Shown here piece after piece: positions 1-12,362 of a stretch of DNA of 64,000 bases. A program made the position numbers and the translations under genes. The stretch's first letter is position 1. Every line of letters begins with the position of its first letter. Location: assembly GCA_964247055.1 (NCBI GenBank), contig OZ176054.1, forward strand, positions 10,540,001-10,604,000, read 5' to 3'. The DNA is from Paragordius varius. Its lineage: Eukaryota > Animalia > Nematomorpha. A model generated the notes under the pieces. The model saw nothing but the letters and a program-made list of their open reading frames with translations, did not search any database and was not told the DNA's origin.

Positions 1-14
1 AATCAAAGCTGGAT

Positions 15-599
15 TATCCAGCTTTGATTTCCTTCCTGTTTTTTGGGGTTTCGTTTCGATGCCCAAAACCATCTCTCGCCTAAATTTGTTGATGGCTGGA
101 ATAGACATATCCAATTTATCAACAAATTCCCGAGATGGTTTTTCGTTTTCAAATGGATTCGAAAATATTTTGTATGCCTTTTTAATTTTCTCTTCTGTCC
201 AAAAATGATAATCTTTATATTAAAGAGAAATATACTTCTTTTAACTGGAATATCATTACTAGGAGTTTCATCTGCTACCGTATTATTTAAAATACCTAAA
301 AATTATAAAAAAAATAACCCAAGGAGTCGTTATATGAATCTTGAGGACCATCATTAGCATTTGAGCAAACACTAAAATTTGATTCTTCTGAAATTACGTT
401 ATAATCATTATTATGATTGCTGATATCCTCACAGAAATCATAAATATTGGGTTCATGAATAGTTGGTTCTGGATCTTAACATTGATTATAATTATGTACC
501 CTGTGCTATAACTGAATCAGGAAGAATTGCTGGTGAAGGTGGGCTTTCATTATTATCAAGATTGTCCAATACGTTAATTCCTTGTAAAATACTATCCAT
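15..599 (-). CDS. Putative small gene or pseudogene hidden by three micro-introns and one apparent frameshift
   Basis: Starting at MDSILQG (ATG at 599), removing GT-AG segments 475-499, 296-318 and 213-235 gives ...AQDPEPTIHEPNIYDFCED... and ...NDSLGILNNTVADETPSNDIPVKRNYHFWTEEKIKKAYKIFSNPFENEKPSREFVDKLDMSIPAINKFRRE...IQL*. A one-base shift is needed near 360-365 (minus-strand CAAATG). Confidence 0.45.
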
Positions 600-3067
600 T
601 TTATAAGTGGGATATTTTTGCAAAAAATATAAAAAATAACTCATAGGAAAATTACCATACATCTTGTTTTTTTCAAATTTAGTAAAAAAACACATTTTTT
701 TCTAGTAATTACACCATGTACGACCCTTAATAAATGTTTTCTGTTGTTTCTACTTACACAATTTTTTAACCATGTGCTATTCTTTTCTTTTTTTTAACTT
801 TTCATAAAAAAATTTATAACATACATTTGTTTATGTTACTGTATGTTATTTAGACTTATTATATTAAAATGTGGAATGTATGGTTGAGAAAACTTATTAT
901 TTAAATGGTTGATGATCATAAAATGAAGGCCAACTATTTCCTTTGTCATTTTTTGTAGCGCAAAAAGTTCGATATGAGACTTTTTAATTATTATAGATCA
1001 TTGCAAATAACTGACCGTTTAATTTTAATCTTTCTTATCAGTTCAATTTAAATATTTTTAATACCTTGTAAATAGTATGTATGGATGATGTTTTTTGCAA
1101 ATTTGGTATTTATATATTTACATAAACCTGAAACGAAGTTTTTTTAATCAATCATCCAAATGGTATTTACACATTTTAATGGTAGATATAGTGTTATTTG
1201 TGTATATGGTAAATGATGTAAGGTATATTGTGCTGAGTTAACATAAATTTTCGAGTTTTAAATAGTAAATTACCAATATATTTATTTTAAACAAAAATAT
1301 TTTTTTAATGAAACATTTCGATGAATATATGATACTACAATGAATTTTTTATGGGTCTGTTATATTTGTTAAGGAATGAATCCAAAACAATCCTAGCCTG
1401 GTAATAATACATATAATAATTATATAATAGCTAAAAATAAATTTTATTTTTTTTGGAAGTAATAATAGGTTGACAAAAACCATATTTTTGCATTTTTTAA
1501 GTTTTTTTAAATCATTAGTAATATATAAAGCAACTGGCAGTTTCTTTATAAAAATTTATTATGCAATCAATATTGTTTTGGGCAAAATTGCAAATAGGGG
1601 AAAGGCTGATTAAGCCATAGTGATTTTGCTTATCATATTTAATAAAATTAGGATTTTAGGGAAGTCCTTATTTTCAATTTAAATAGAATAAACTAAAAAT
1701 TGTCTCTCTCTTTTTATGTGACAAAAATGCGACATATATTTTACATATTTAGATACGAACAACTTACATACTTACATTATGTTTCATGGCAGTGCTATAA
1801 AACATGTATGTATTTAGTATATATATAATATGTAAAATAATGTGTTAAATTTTATCATTTATGCATAAATATAGTTAGTTTTTTATTTATTTATAGTTTT
1901 AGTCTGTTAAGTTAATAGTTAGTTTTTTTGAGGTGACCCTGACTTGTATTAAATATTTATTTCTCTTATAAAATGTATATACATGTTATATCATAAATAT
2001 TTAAAACATTGTTACTTGTAGCGATGTACCTTAAAAATTATGGCAGCTATTATATGAATAAAATATGAGCCATCTTAATTATTTTTTCCCCGCTACCAAA
2101 TTTTTTTTGTCTGAAACCAAAAAAACGTTAAATGTCTAAAAAAGCACATGGTTTTACGTTTGTACTTCATTTACAAAAATACAGTGGGCATTAACGTTGT
2201 CACTGTTTTATATGCTTTTAAGTATTTAAATAGTTTGATAAGTAGTCTTTTGCTTTTCGAAAAGAATTTCTTAAAAGTTTTATAAATTTTATGGTGCTAG
2301 TTTTTACGGTTTTTTTCACGAAAATGTCTTTTAAAAGACAAACTTTATTAATATTTAGTTTAGTAGTTTAAAACATCACTCTCGTACCCATCTTAAAATT
2401 TGCTTTATGTATATTTACATATAAAATGGGTAGTTGCTCATACACAAGCGTCATGCTCTACAATTTTTGAACATTAGTGTTTTTGTTAACCAAATATGTA
2501 TTCATGCCCACCCCCCCTCTAATATAATCATTTTTACCTTTATACACACATATTTACATAAGACGATTTTTTTGAAAACACAAAAGATAGAGTTTATTTC
2601 ATTCATTTTAGTTTATATTTTATTTTGTTTTTAAGAGCGCGCGCACACATCCCGTTTTATTCTAAGTTTGATCCCCAACAAGAAATTATCATAAAAATTT
2701 GATTATAAATTATTATTATAACTTTTTCAATATATCTCTTTTTACAGAATCTTATATTCCTGTCCATCCACATCAAACAGAAGCCATCTTTTCATCAAAA
2801 AACTTTTCTTAATAATACTCTAATTAGTTTGCATCTTAATTAACAAACTTTACAAGAATCCATCAATCCACAAAAGAGCAAAACACAGAAACTAAAAAAC
2901 TATTGGAAATTTTTTTGCTCCTCTTTTCAAGATAAATAAATCAATTAAATTATTGTGAGAGTACATATCAACGAACGTCCTCTATACAATAGTTTGTGGT
3001 TATAAGTGACTTTTTTTTCCCAACATTGGATTCCAACAATTTCAAGCGCAGCTAAAAAGTGTGATAC

Positions 3068-5992
3068 ATGGCCACCATTGTTAACAATAATAATAGTTGC
3101 AATATCATTAAAAATCAGAAGAATAAAAAATTATTCATAAACAATGATAAGAAAAATGACCCAATCCCTCATCACGGTACTAAGGACAAAGTTAATCCAC
3201 ATCATCTTCAGCAAACAAATGCTAATGAAAACAATGTTGTAGTCCAAAAAAACGATGAAACATTGAACAGTCACCTAGCAACACATCAACTCCGGCCAGG
3301 TCAATGTAAAGCATTATGTGATTTACTTTGTTCCCCTGTTTATATTCATGCACAGGGGAGTTCGACTAATGGCTCCTCAGTAGCAGACGGTTTTCCTGAG
3401 ATTCAAATCACACTCATTGATGCCATCATAAGAGTCAAGGAAAGGCTTGAAGCCATTGGTATACCCGTAACTGATGTTCGTGTTAATGGTGGTGCTGCCA
3501 GTCACACGTTAAGTGCCGATTTACTTTTGTCACCTTTGGGGAAAATGACTGATAAAGTTGATGGAGACAAACAGCAAACACAACAACAATATTTCAATTA
3601 CAATGATCTCGATTTGTTGTTTTTTATTACGCTCAAGAGTGGGAAAGATTTGGAGCGAATTAAAAATGTTGTCCTTGACTTGATTGCTAAATTGTCGATA
3701 GATGCTTCAAAGACATCATCCTCTGCATTTTCTGGCTCAGAAGAATTCACTTATCAAGATTTCCCACCGTTAGAATCTGTTGATGACAAAAGCTTAGCTT
3801 GCAAAAAGGGAAGAAAACCAAAAAATGCATTCCGGAAAAATTTCTATAACACGGTTGACAATGTGTCAGGCCCCTTATCTCCCATGTCCAAATATATACA
3901 AAACCAAGGGATATATGCCAACCGATCTCTCATTCGCGAACTGTACGTTCACAAAATGGTCAAAGTGTGCTCAGGTCATGATGTTTGGAGCCTCATTGCG
4001 CTCAATAATTTGATGGGTCGGAATTTGGAGTTTAAGTTTGTTAGCACTATGCGTAGACAGTTTGAATTTAGTGTTGATTCGTTTCAGATAATTCTAGATC
4101 CTATTCTTAATGTGGCTCAAGACTTTCTACGGGACAGCGAAACATCATCGGAATTTTCACAAGAGTTGCTGAAAGAGAAAATTAAAACGATACCCATCTA
4201 TTGTGAAAGCGTATACGGAGATTATACATTAGCCGAAAAACACTTAAGGGAACGGCATATAGCTACGGTAAGACCTGAAGAAATCAGAGGTGGTGGGCTT
4301 TTAAAATATTGCCATTTATTGGTTCAAGGTTTTAAACCAGAACCGTCCACAGACTTTAGCTCACTAGAAAAGTATATGTGCAGCCGATTTTTCATAGATT
4401 TTGGAGATGTAACAAAGCAAAAAGCGAAATTGGAATCTTACATTCGAAATCATTTTCCAGCCAGAGAACCCAAAAAAAGTTATGATTATCTGGTTACACT
4501 TTATCGCGTGGTGGATGAAAGTACCGTTTGTTTGATGGGACATGAACGGCGAGAAATTTTAAAATTGATTGAACGATTATTTTATCAAGCCTATTACAAC
4601 GCATTGATTGATTCTAATAACAACATGACTCAGGCCGAATCCAAATCTTCTCTTCCACATAATGTTTTTTCGAAATTACCATTAGGATTTTCAGCAATTC
4701 AGAGGCCAAATTCATTGCCCTTGGATAACAATTGCATGTTTTTATCTACCAATAATTTTAATGACGCCCATTCAAAGTCCAATTTTAACGCTCGTTCGCA
4801 CCAAAAAGAAACAGTCCAAAAATCTAAAATTATGCACCAAAATTTGCCGCTATCAAACGATAAAGCCCAAACCAACATATTGATAGGAAACACCAGCGTG
4901 AATCAATCGTCCTATAGCAATCAATATCTTATCCCGATAACTTCTCAGACCCTTTATTCGCCCATAATATGCTCATTTCCGACTGTTGTTAATAGGTGTG
5001 ATTGTATAAATACCATACCCGTTTCTAAACCAATGGTCGATACTCAACCCCAATCTGCTGTTGGTAACAATACTTTGAATTATATAATTTCATTTATTCC
5101 ACATAATCATCCCATTATTGGGAATACTGGTAATGGTAATGGCATTATATATAATCACGCAAACGCTCAAACTTTTGCTCATGAATATTCTCAAACATCA
5201 TCCACACTCCATCCAACGACACAAGTGATATCGCCTATCTTGACGACGCCAATCCTAATTCCCTTAATTTCATCCGTTAATTCCGCCATACATTCTTCAC
5301 AATATGTTGGTTCACAAACCACTAATTTATTGTACCAGCAACCTACAATATTTCATAACGCCGTTAACTTTATTCATTTGCAAGGAACGGCACCTATTGC
5401 CTCAACTAATAGTGATCTGATCTCACCCGATTCCTTAATCATTGATTCGGTATCCTTACAAAATAAGCCTTTTTGTCCAGATAAAACTAATGATGACAAT
5501 GATATTTCAGGGCTCACCCAGTCTGATATTGAACCTAAAAATAAAAGATCTTACGTGGATGAAAAGATCTGCAATAGAAATCTTCATATTGATGATGATG
5601 ATGATAATAGCAGTAATAGCCGTTTCTCATTCGTTGATGAGGAAGATAGATCATATGCTGATACTCCTGATCTTTCTTCCGTTTTATCCGAGGAGTACAT
5701 TATATCTTCGCCGGATGAACACATTGGATCAACAACAAAATTTTGCTCAACGGCCATCGAGACTAAATCGCCTGCTTGCTCGAATTCAAACATCACATGT
5801 TCCCCCAATAAAATTATAGTTAACGACGACAATGAGCAGACGATAGATATAAATTTGAAGCGTCACATCACAAAGAATATGGATGGCAATAATAAGAATC
5901 AAAATCAATTTAAAGACGATAAAACAATTAGTTTATTACAGGAAACAGCCAATAAACTTGAGATGACCAAACAAAATTTGGGCGAATCTTAG
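3068..5992 (+). CDS. TENT5: Terminal nucleotidyltransferase 5 (FAM46-family non-canonical poly(A) polymerase), single coding exon, 974 aa
   Basis: Family motifs in the ORF: VRVNGGAASH, YNDLDLLF (DLD at 3605-3613), KMVKV...WSLIALNN...GRNLEFKF, RRQFEFSVDSFQI, ESVYGD, PEEIRGGGLLKY, YMCSRFFIDF, STVCLMGHERR. These are followed by a ~460-aa low-complexity tail. A possible 5'UTR splice acceptor (TTTTTACAG) ends at 2747. Confidence 0.95.
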   Translation: MATIVNNNNSCNIIKNQKNKKLFINNDKKNDPIPHHGTKDKVNPHHLQQTNANENNVVVQKNDETLNSHLATHQLRPGQCKALCDLLCSPVYIHAQGSSTNGSSVADGFPEIQITLIDAIIRVKERLEAIGIPVTDVRVNGGAASHTLSADLLLSPLGKMTDKVDGDKQQTQQQYFNYNDLDLLFFITLKSGKDLERIKNVVLDLIAKLSIDASKTSSSAFSGSEEFTYQDFPPLESVDDKSLACKKGRKPKNAFRKNFYNTVDNVSGPLSPMSKYIQNQGIYANRSLIRELYVHKMVKVCSGHDVWSLIALNNLMGRNLEFKFVSTMRRQFEFSVDSFQIILDPILNVAQDFLRDSETSSEFSQELLKEKIKTIPIYCESVYGDYTLAEKHLRERHIATVRPEEIRGGGLLKYCHLLVQGFKPEPSTDFSSLEKYMCSRFFIDFGDVTKQKAKLESYIRNHFPAREPKKSYDYLVTLYRVVDESTVCLMGHERREILKLIERLFYQAYYNALIDSNNNMTQAESKSSLPHNVFSKLPLGFSAIQRPNSLPLDNNCMFLSTNNFNDAHSKSNFNARSHQKETVQKSKIMHQNLPLSNDKAQTNILIGNTSVNQSSYSNQYLIPITSQTLYSPIICSFPTVVNRCDCINTIPVSKPMVDTQPQSAVGNNTLNYIISFIPHNHPIIGNTGNGNGIIYNHANAQTFAHEYSQTSSTLHPTTQVISPILTTPILIPLISSVNSAIHSSQYVGSQTTNLLYQQPTIFHNAVNFIHLQGTAPIASTNSDLISPDSLIIDSVSLQNKPFCPDKTNDDNDISGLTQSDIEPKNKRSYVDEKICNRNLHIDDDDDNSSNSRFSFVDEEDRSYADTPDLSSVLSEEYIISSPDEHIGSTTKFCSTAIETKSPACSNSNITCSPNKIIVNDDNEQTIDINLKRHITKNMDGNNKNQNQFKDDKTISLLQETANKLEMTKQNLGES

Positions 5993-7084
5993 CCAATGTG
6001 CAAGAGACATTTCAAGTTATTTTTAAATACTTGTTTTCTTGGTTTTCATTTATATTGTTTTTACATTTATCAGCCAGTCACATTTTATTTTGCTAACTAA
6101 TATTGGTGTGTTTTATACAAAAACTCAATAACCCTTTTTATTTTAACCTGTCCTATTGGATAAAAATGAGTTACTTAATAACATAAATTTAGTTTTTTGA
6201 AATTTATCATGCCAAGATAATTAATTCAATATACCATATACTATATATTTTCTATAAATCATGTATAACCCCTACACAGTTCATATTATAATATTTTCAT
6301 ATTCCTAAATATGTATATGGTGCTTTATAACACCCTTTTCACATGATTTGAATATATCTGGGAAATTTTTTCTTTATATATCCTAATGCAATCTTAATTC
6401 TTATGTCGGTTACGTCCCCTGGACTTCAAAATTTGTCATTATGCAATAAACATATGTTTATTTATACCATTTTTTTATTTATGATATCAATACTTTTATC
6501 TGTCAATCTTTTCATTGTTTTAGTCATCGAAAAAGGCAAGAATATCATATATTTGTAAGGAAAAGTTAGTTTTGTCAAATTGCAATTATTCACCATCATT
6601 TAATCCCTTCTTTTATTTTCATAAATTTTTTTTGTAATTAAAAATACTTTACATTGATAATTACCTATTTTTCAAACCTCTCTTTACATTTATTCGATAT
6701 ATATATATATATATATCAATGATATTAGATTATTATTATTATAGATCAAATTATATCTTTCTTTTTTGATTATTATAACCTTACAATAATATTTTATTTA
6801 TGAAAATATTTATTATACATGATGAATACATTTCGATTTTCTAAATTATATAACATGTATAATTACAATAATAACATTTATGATGATATTATCGAGCCCC
6901 TAGTTAATCAAACACACAGCTGATATGTTGCAATTTAGAGTTTAATTTACATTCATCACATCACCTGATTTATTCCTTTTATTTGTGAATATATATATAA
7001 ACTTAAAATGAATTAAAAAGCCATTTTATGATAGAATGTCTCATCAATTATTACTTTTTTAGATTCCCACATGATGGAATAATA

Positions 7085-7120
<36 letters not shown>

Positions 7121-7353
7121 AAAAATTACAAAAATATATAAATATACAAAATTATTTTATATTGATTGATCATATATATTGATTGATTACCTAAATAAAT
7201 GTACACAAAAAATTTATATTTGAAATTTGGTCAATTCCATCCGAAATCTTAAGTATAATTTATTAGTAATTTATATTTAATATTTAACCAGAGTCTATTT
7301 AACACGTAAATGCTAAATCCTTTTTTTGTTTTTTCAATTATTTTATTATTTAC

Positions 7354-7879
7354 CACTTCGATTCAAATTGTGGTATCTAAGTACCCCAGACTAAATTTAA
7401 ATTTTTATTTTTAAAAAACTACTGAAGAAAACGGTCCCAATTTTAATTTATGCTACTATCCTGATAAAAATTATATAAATAAGTCAAAATCATGTCAGAC
7501 TACTTCGACGCCATTTTTATTTTCCAAAATTTTTGCGAAATATAGTGTTTTTTTAATTATAAAAGTAAATTAAAGGTAATTTTTTATTTAAATTACATCT
7601 AACACATTGATAGAAATAGAAAATGTATTTTCAATTTTATCATTCCTCACATGTCACATTGACTAAATTTTTACCTTTCGGTTTTAGATTTTAAGAAGTA
7701 TGAAGTATTTTTGAATAAAAATTTTTATATATTAAGGTTTATAAATGTTATATAAGTGCAAAATTTTGCCCTGGTTTCGATTCCTTTCATATTTTTTAAA
7801 GATTTTAGTTTTAAACAGGCCCGGGGTAACCACCCCAATTTGAATCGAAGGACTAAAATGATTGTATTGTATCCAAGTG
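7354..7879. mobile_element. MITE family A, copy 1 (piggyBac-like)
   Basis: Colinear with 37233-37810. Termini are CACTT...AAGTG, with an internal inverted repeat CTTCGATTCAAATTG(T/G)GGTA...CCCC / GGGG...CCCAATTTGAATCGAAG. Flanks are TTAC and CTAA, a degenerate TTAA. Confidence 0.7.
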
Positions 7880-8049
7880 CTAAATAATAGACTAAAAAAT
7901 ATTTTTTTATAAATCCCGATTACAAAATTATCCCAGTTCCATATTTTTGTGTAAACGTTACAGACAGCCTATTTTAAAATAAGGATGAAATGTAACAATA
8001 TAAAAATTTGTTTTATGCATCTTTTTATCTGAAAAATTCAAAATCCTTT

Positions 8050-8469
8050 TAATCTATATATTTATAAAAATGGAAAATGCTGGCTTTGTTATCTGGTACC
8101 GGAAAACCGGAAGACCCATTCAAATCCAAACTTCGAAAAAATTAATCATTAATGAATGCCCCGACAATAGCTTCGCCCTTTTTTTGAAATAAGCCCCCAG
8201 TTCGGGCCCACCCCATGTGAAAAACGGTTTTTTTTTGAAAACAAAAGTCCACAAACGTGTCTTTGAGACAATTTTCTGGAGAACCTGTTGGTCCATTCAA
8301 TTTCAAATATGATTTTTGTTTACTTATTTTCGATTGCGCTGAACACAGTCGTCTCGCTTTTTTGATCTAAGCCCTATTTTTACCCGCTCTCCCCGTAAAA
8401 TGCCATTTTTTTCAAAAAAAAGTACACAAAAATAATTTTTTAAATCTATTTTTCCCCCAAGTAAACAAT
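8050..8469. repeat. Interspersed repeat family B, copy 1
   Basis: Reverse complement of ~57330-57760 and ~22990-23340; shared blocks such as CCCCCAGTTCGGGCCCACCCC and GAAAATGCTGGCTTTGT. Confidence 0.8.
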
Positions 8470-11400
8470 TTATTAGTTTGAATGCACCGTTTTAAAATTC
8501 CTATAAAATTATATGAGATTTACGCTAGTGATTTTATATAAATTAAAATGTGAAAATAGGTCTGTTGTACCAAAAATTTATAAAATAGGAGAATTTAAAT
8601 ATTTATATATTTTTAAAAACCACAGTCGTTTTCTAAAATGAAATGTTTTAGGATTTTTTGGTTTTGAATATTCCAAAACTAGTCTGATTCTAGTTCCATT
8701 AAAACGGCAACTATTCCGATTCTTGCTTAGAATTATATATTTCGGATCATCAATGTCTTAAAAGTGAAAACTTTTGCTATGGTTTCAATTCATTCCATAT
8801 TTAAAGTATTAAATATTCAGGCTTAAGGTATCTTAGTGTTGTATCCAATTGTTAATAGACTATAGTTCAAAAAATTAAATTGATCACAATCTTTCGACCA
8901 ATTAAAAACAGAATCGGAATTCAAAAAAATCTTTAAAACCAACACCATTTGGAATCGTTTTGCGTAAAATATATGGAACCATGTTATGCGTCGGTGTTAC
9001 GCAATCACAATTGGAAAACTCGCGCAAATGCAAAAATTTATATTTAAAAACATCTTTTACCACCTCTTGTGGTTTTTTTGTTATCATGCTAAATTTATAA
9101 ATTAATTTATTTATAATAAATTCGGAAATTTTTTTAATATAAGGCTTAGTTAGTCTCACATCACAACATTTTTGTAAAATGCGTATTTAATTATTATAAA
9201 TTTTCCCGAATATTGCTCAATGTTTGTAAAACTTTGTTAAAAGGGGTAGTTTCTGGTATTGTTGGGAGCTTGAAGTTTATCGACAGATAGCGAATCTATG
9301 GGAAAACTTCCTCCATGCGTTTCTGTATGAACTTTTCGAGATAGCTTTTGCATTCACATAAGATTATTAAAAAAACCAGAATTGGCTCACCACTTAAAGC
9401 ACCTAATAAAATTCAAGCGTAAATACGTGCCAAAATTCTCATGGTTCCTTTAAGTTTTGAGTACGAATCATTCAAAAAAGTTAAACCGACTTTTATTTAA
9501 ATCGCAAATAAAAAATTTAATTCACATTATGCAAAATTATTTTATAGTGCCAATATTAGCATTAAAAAATTCTTAATATATATATATAATGTTTTAGGGA
9601 GAGTTAACCTTTCTATTTAATGTTTTAATCCGAAAGTTACACATTAAATCCATTAATGGCTTATAACCTGAAAATAACACAAAACTCCGTTTAACAATTG
9701 CTGAAAAAATGATGTCTCAGCCAACTTTTTGTTTATAAACGAAATTTTATGATATCATTTTATTTGAACACACTTTTGATTTATAATTAATCCTGATAAC
9801 TATCACTTCTTTAACAAACTTTCTCGCCAACAAATTGTAAAATCTTAAAATGAGTTAATGGAATTTTTCAGCAACATAAAATTATATCGTGAATGCCATA
9901 TGCTTTTGTAAGATTTCAGATGCGAATGTCCATCAACAAAATTTTTTGAAGCAAGTTTTTCGAAAAAATGGTTATGATGTCGTAATCTAGCATATACCAA
10001 AAAAATCTCACTTAATCCCAGCTTTTTTGCGTTTTTAAGGGCACAAGTCCTTTCAACAAACATATATTTAAAATCAACATTAGAGTCAGAACTTATTTAG
10101 CAATACGGGAAATTTACTCTAATTTTGATCAATTACTTAAAAAATTATTAAAATCTAACTAAATATAAAGGCGATTCATTTCTTTCAGAATGCACAATTT
10201 ATTAGAATATATTATGTAATATAAATCAGAGAATTAATGTAAACATTTTACTAAAAACTACTGAAAGGTCAAAAACTTTATAAATAAATGACTTTGACTA
10301 GTAGTGCTATAATTTGTATAAAGATTTTCATCTTAAATACAGTAAAAGACCTACATTTTCAAGGTCACATTCTAAGGTTATGCGTTAAGGAAAATATCCA
10401 AGTAAATACAAAGTTTCAAACCACAAAAATGTTAAAATTTGCACAGTAATTAAACAAATAAATGGTATTGTTATCGGCCGCCACACAAAATATCACAATC
10501 TATTGTATAGCCATTGTATGATTTAATGATTAAGCTAAAAATATAGGTTACTTTCAACATTTCCAATACATATAATATTCGACAATATAATTTTTAAATA
10601 AAAAAAACTTTAAATGTTGACCCAGGTTGATTTTTAAAATATTATTTAGTGTAGGTGTATTCAAGTCTTTGATAGAATTTAGGGTTTGTTAAAAAATTAA
10701 TTTATATAGAATGAATAATAATATCGTAATTTGCGAAAAGTGTGCGGCCTAAAATTAAATAAACATTTTTTCCTAATAAAAACTCTGAATAAAGAACTAC
10801 AATTTTTGACTGTATAGTAATATAAAAAAAACCTTGAAACATAATCAAATTATAATTTGTGCAAGGGTTAAGAGGTGGGTTAGGTCCCTAACAAATCTAA
10901 TGTGTATTAATGACTGGATTTCATTAAAAATAAACCTTAAGCATCTAATTTCATCAGATGATAGACTTGTGTCATAAAATCAAAAAATTATATAAAGTCG
11001 TTTCTGGAGGAATTAAAATATATTTAATGGATACCATATTAGTTCAAAGTTTAACCATATAAAATTATATTATCTTATAATTGAAAAAAAAAATTTTAAA
11101 AAATATTTGATATAATAATTAAGTCTTTTTTGATAATATACAACTTATATGCCTATATAACATCCAAGAAAATATTAAATTTTTTCACGCCAATTTTTAG
11201 ACAATAAGCCTTACAGGATCCTATTAATAATATATATATTTTTACTCTTATTTTAAATAATAGTTGGAAAATTATCAGCACCCATAGTCTAATCTAAAGT
11301 AATATAAATTTTGATTTTTACAGCATATTAAAAATATTTGCTAATTTACGAAAAACCTGATTGCATAATTTGCCAATGATTGTTCCTGTTCCAATAACAT

Positions 11401-11550
11401 AAATTTATTGTTTATATATTATTATATAAGTTTGTGTGCAATAAAACCGTTGATCACTAAATTTTGACAATTATTTATGGTTATAATAAGTAATCACAAT
11501 ATCGCTAATTTATTTCCATAAGATCTAAATTTACAAAATGATAAATAAAA

Positions 11551-11740
11551 TAGTGTATGCATTTTAATGGTTGCTTATTAAACACACTATAGTAGGGCAA
11601 TTCGCAACACAGTAGTGTATAGTAAAAACAACAAAATATCCTATAAACAATTATTTCCTTTCTTTTTTCCATACATTCCTGCGTTGAAAATTGCCCTACT
11701 ATAGTGTGTTAAATAAGCAAACATTAAAATACATACTGTA
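11551..11740. mobile_element. Fold-back MITE (~190 bp, ~60-bp TIRs)
   Basis: ATTTTAATGGTTGCTTATTAAACACACTATAGTAGGGCAATT / AATTGCCCTACTATAGTGTGTTAAATAAGCAAACATTAAAAT; right end ACTG|TA suggests a Tc1/mariner type. Confidence 0.78.
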
Positions 11741-12130
11741 TATTGTACAAGGGAAATGAAATATTTACACATTGAGTACTTAAAACAATAAAGGTTAAAT
11801 TAGTTTGATTTTAAATCTATTTAATAATAATACTGTGTTTTGAGCGATGATTTAAATAAATTTTTTTATAGAGACTAGTTAAATTATTATATACAATAAA
11901 ACAGACTTTCAAACAATAGAACCAAAAAATTTTTTGCCAATATTTTTGCATTTATATTTTGTTATTCTCTTTAATTAGTATTTATTGGTGAAAAGAGTTT
12001 ATTTTATCCTTTTTTTTCAAAAAAAGTATATAAGCCTTTGCGTCTACCAATTCCAATTTTAAATAAAAATGTTTTTTCCCAAAATTATCTAGTTTTTGAT
12101 AGCTAGCCAGCTAGTATGTGTCCACGTATC

Positions 12131-12328
12131 TCATACACCATAGAGGAATGTTACACAGACGCCCAGAATCAAAATTGCGACATTCATGGAAGCTAAAATA
12201 TTTGCAGCTAAAGGGTAATGTTGAGTTCCTTGACCAGTTATAGCTCCAGCTAATAGAGGACCGACAAAAGAACCAATAGCTATACCCGAAGAAAAAAGGC
12301 CGGAGACTAACGATCGTCTTTCACTCAA

Positions 12329-12362
<34 letters not shown>

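Noticed and set aside
43-357. Plus-strand 104-aa ORF
   Set aside because: It has an alternative start and no homology, and is antisense to the more plausible spliced minus-strand reading.
3825-5832. Short ORFs overlapping TENT5; likewise 45140-46680, 52137-52789 and 55255-55823 over FOXO, and 14029, 21382, 29128
   Set aside because: These are shadow frames of real coding exons.
8316-8323. FOXO/DAF-16 binding element TTGTTTAC carried by repeat family B (also ~57490)
   Set aside because: Several hits are expected by chance in 64 kb of AT-rich DNA, and the motif is lost in the third copy.
8902-10063. Minus-strand ORFs 8902-9159 and 9845-10063 as transposase remnants
   Set aside because: I could not recognise a diagnostic motif; a translated search is needed.
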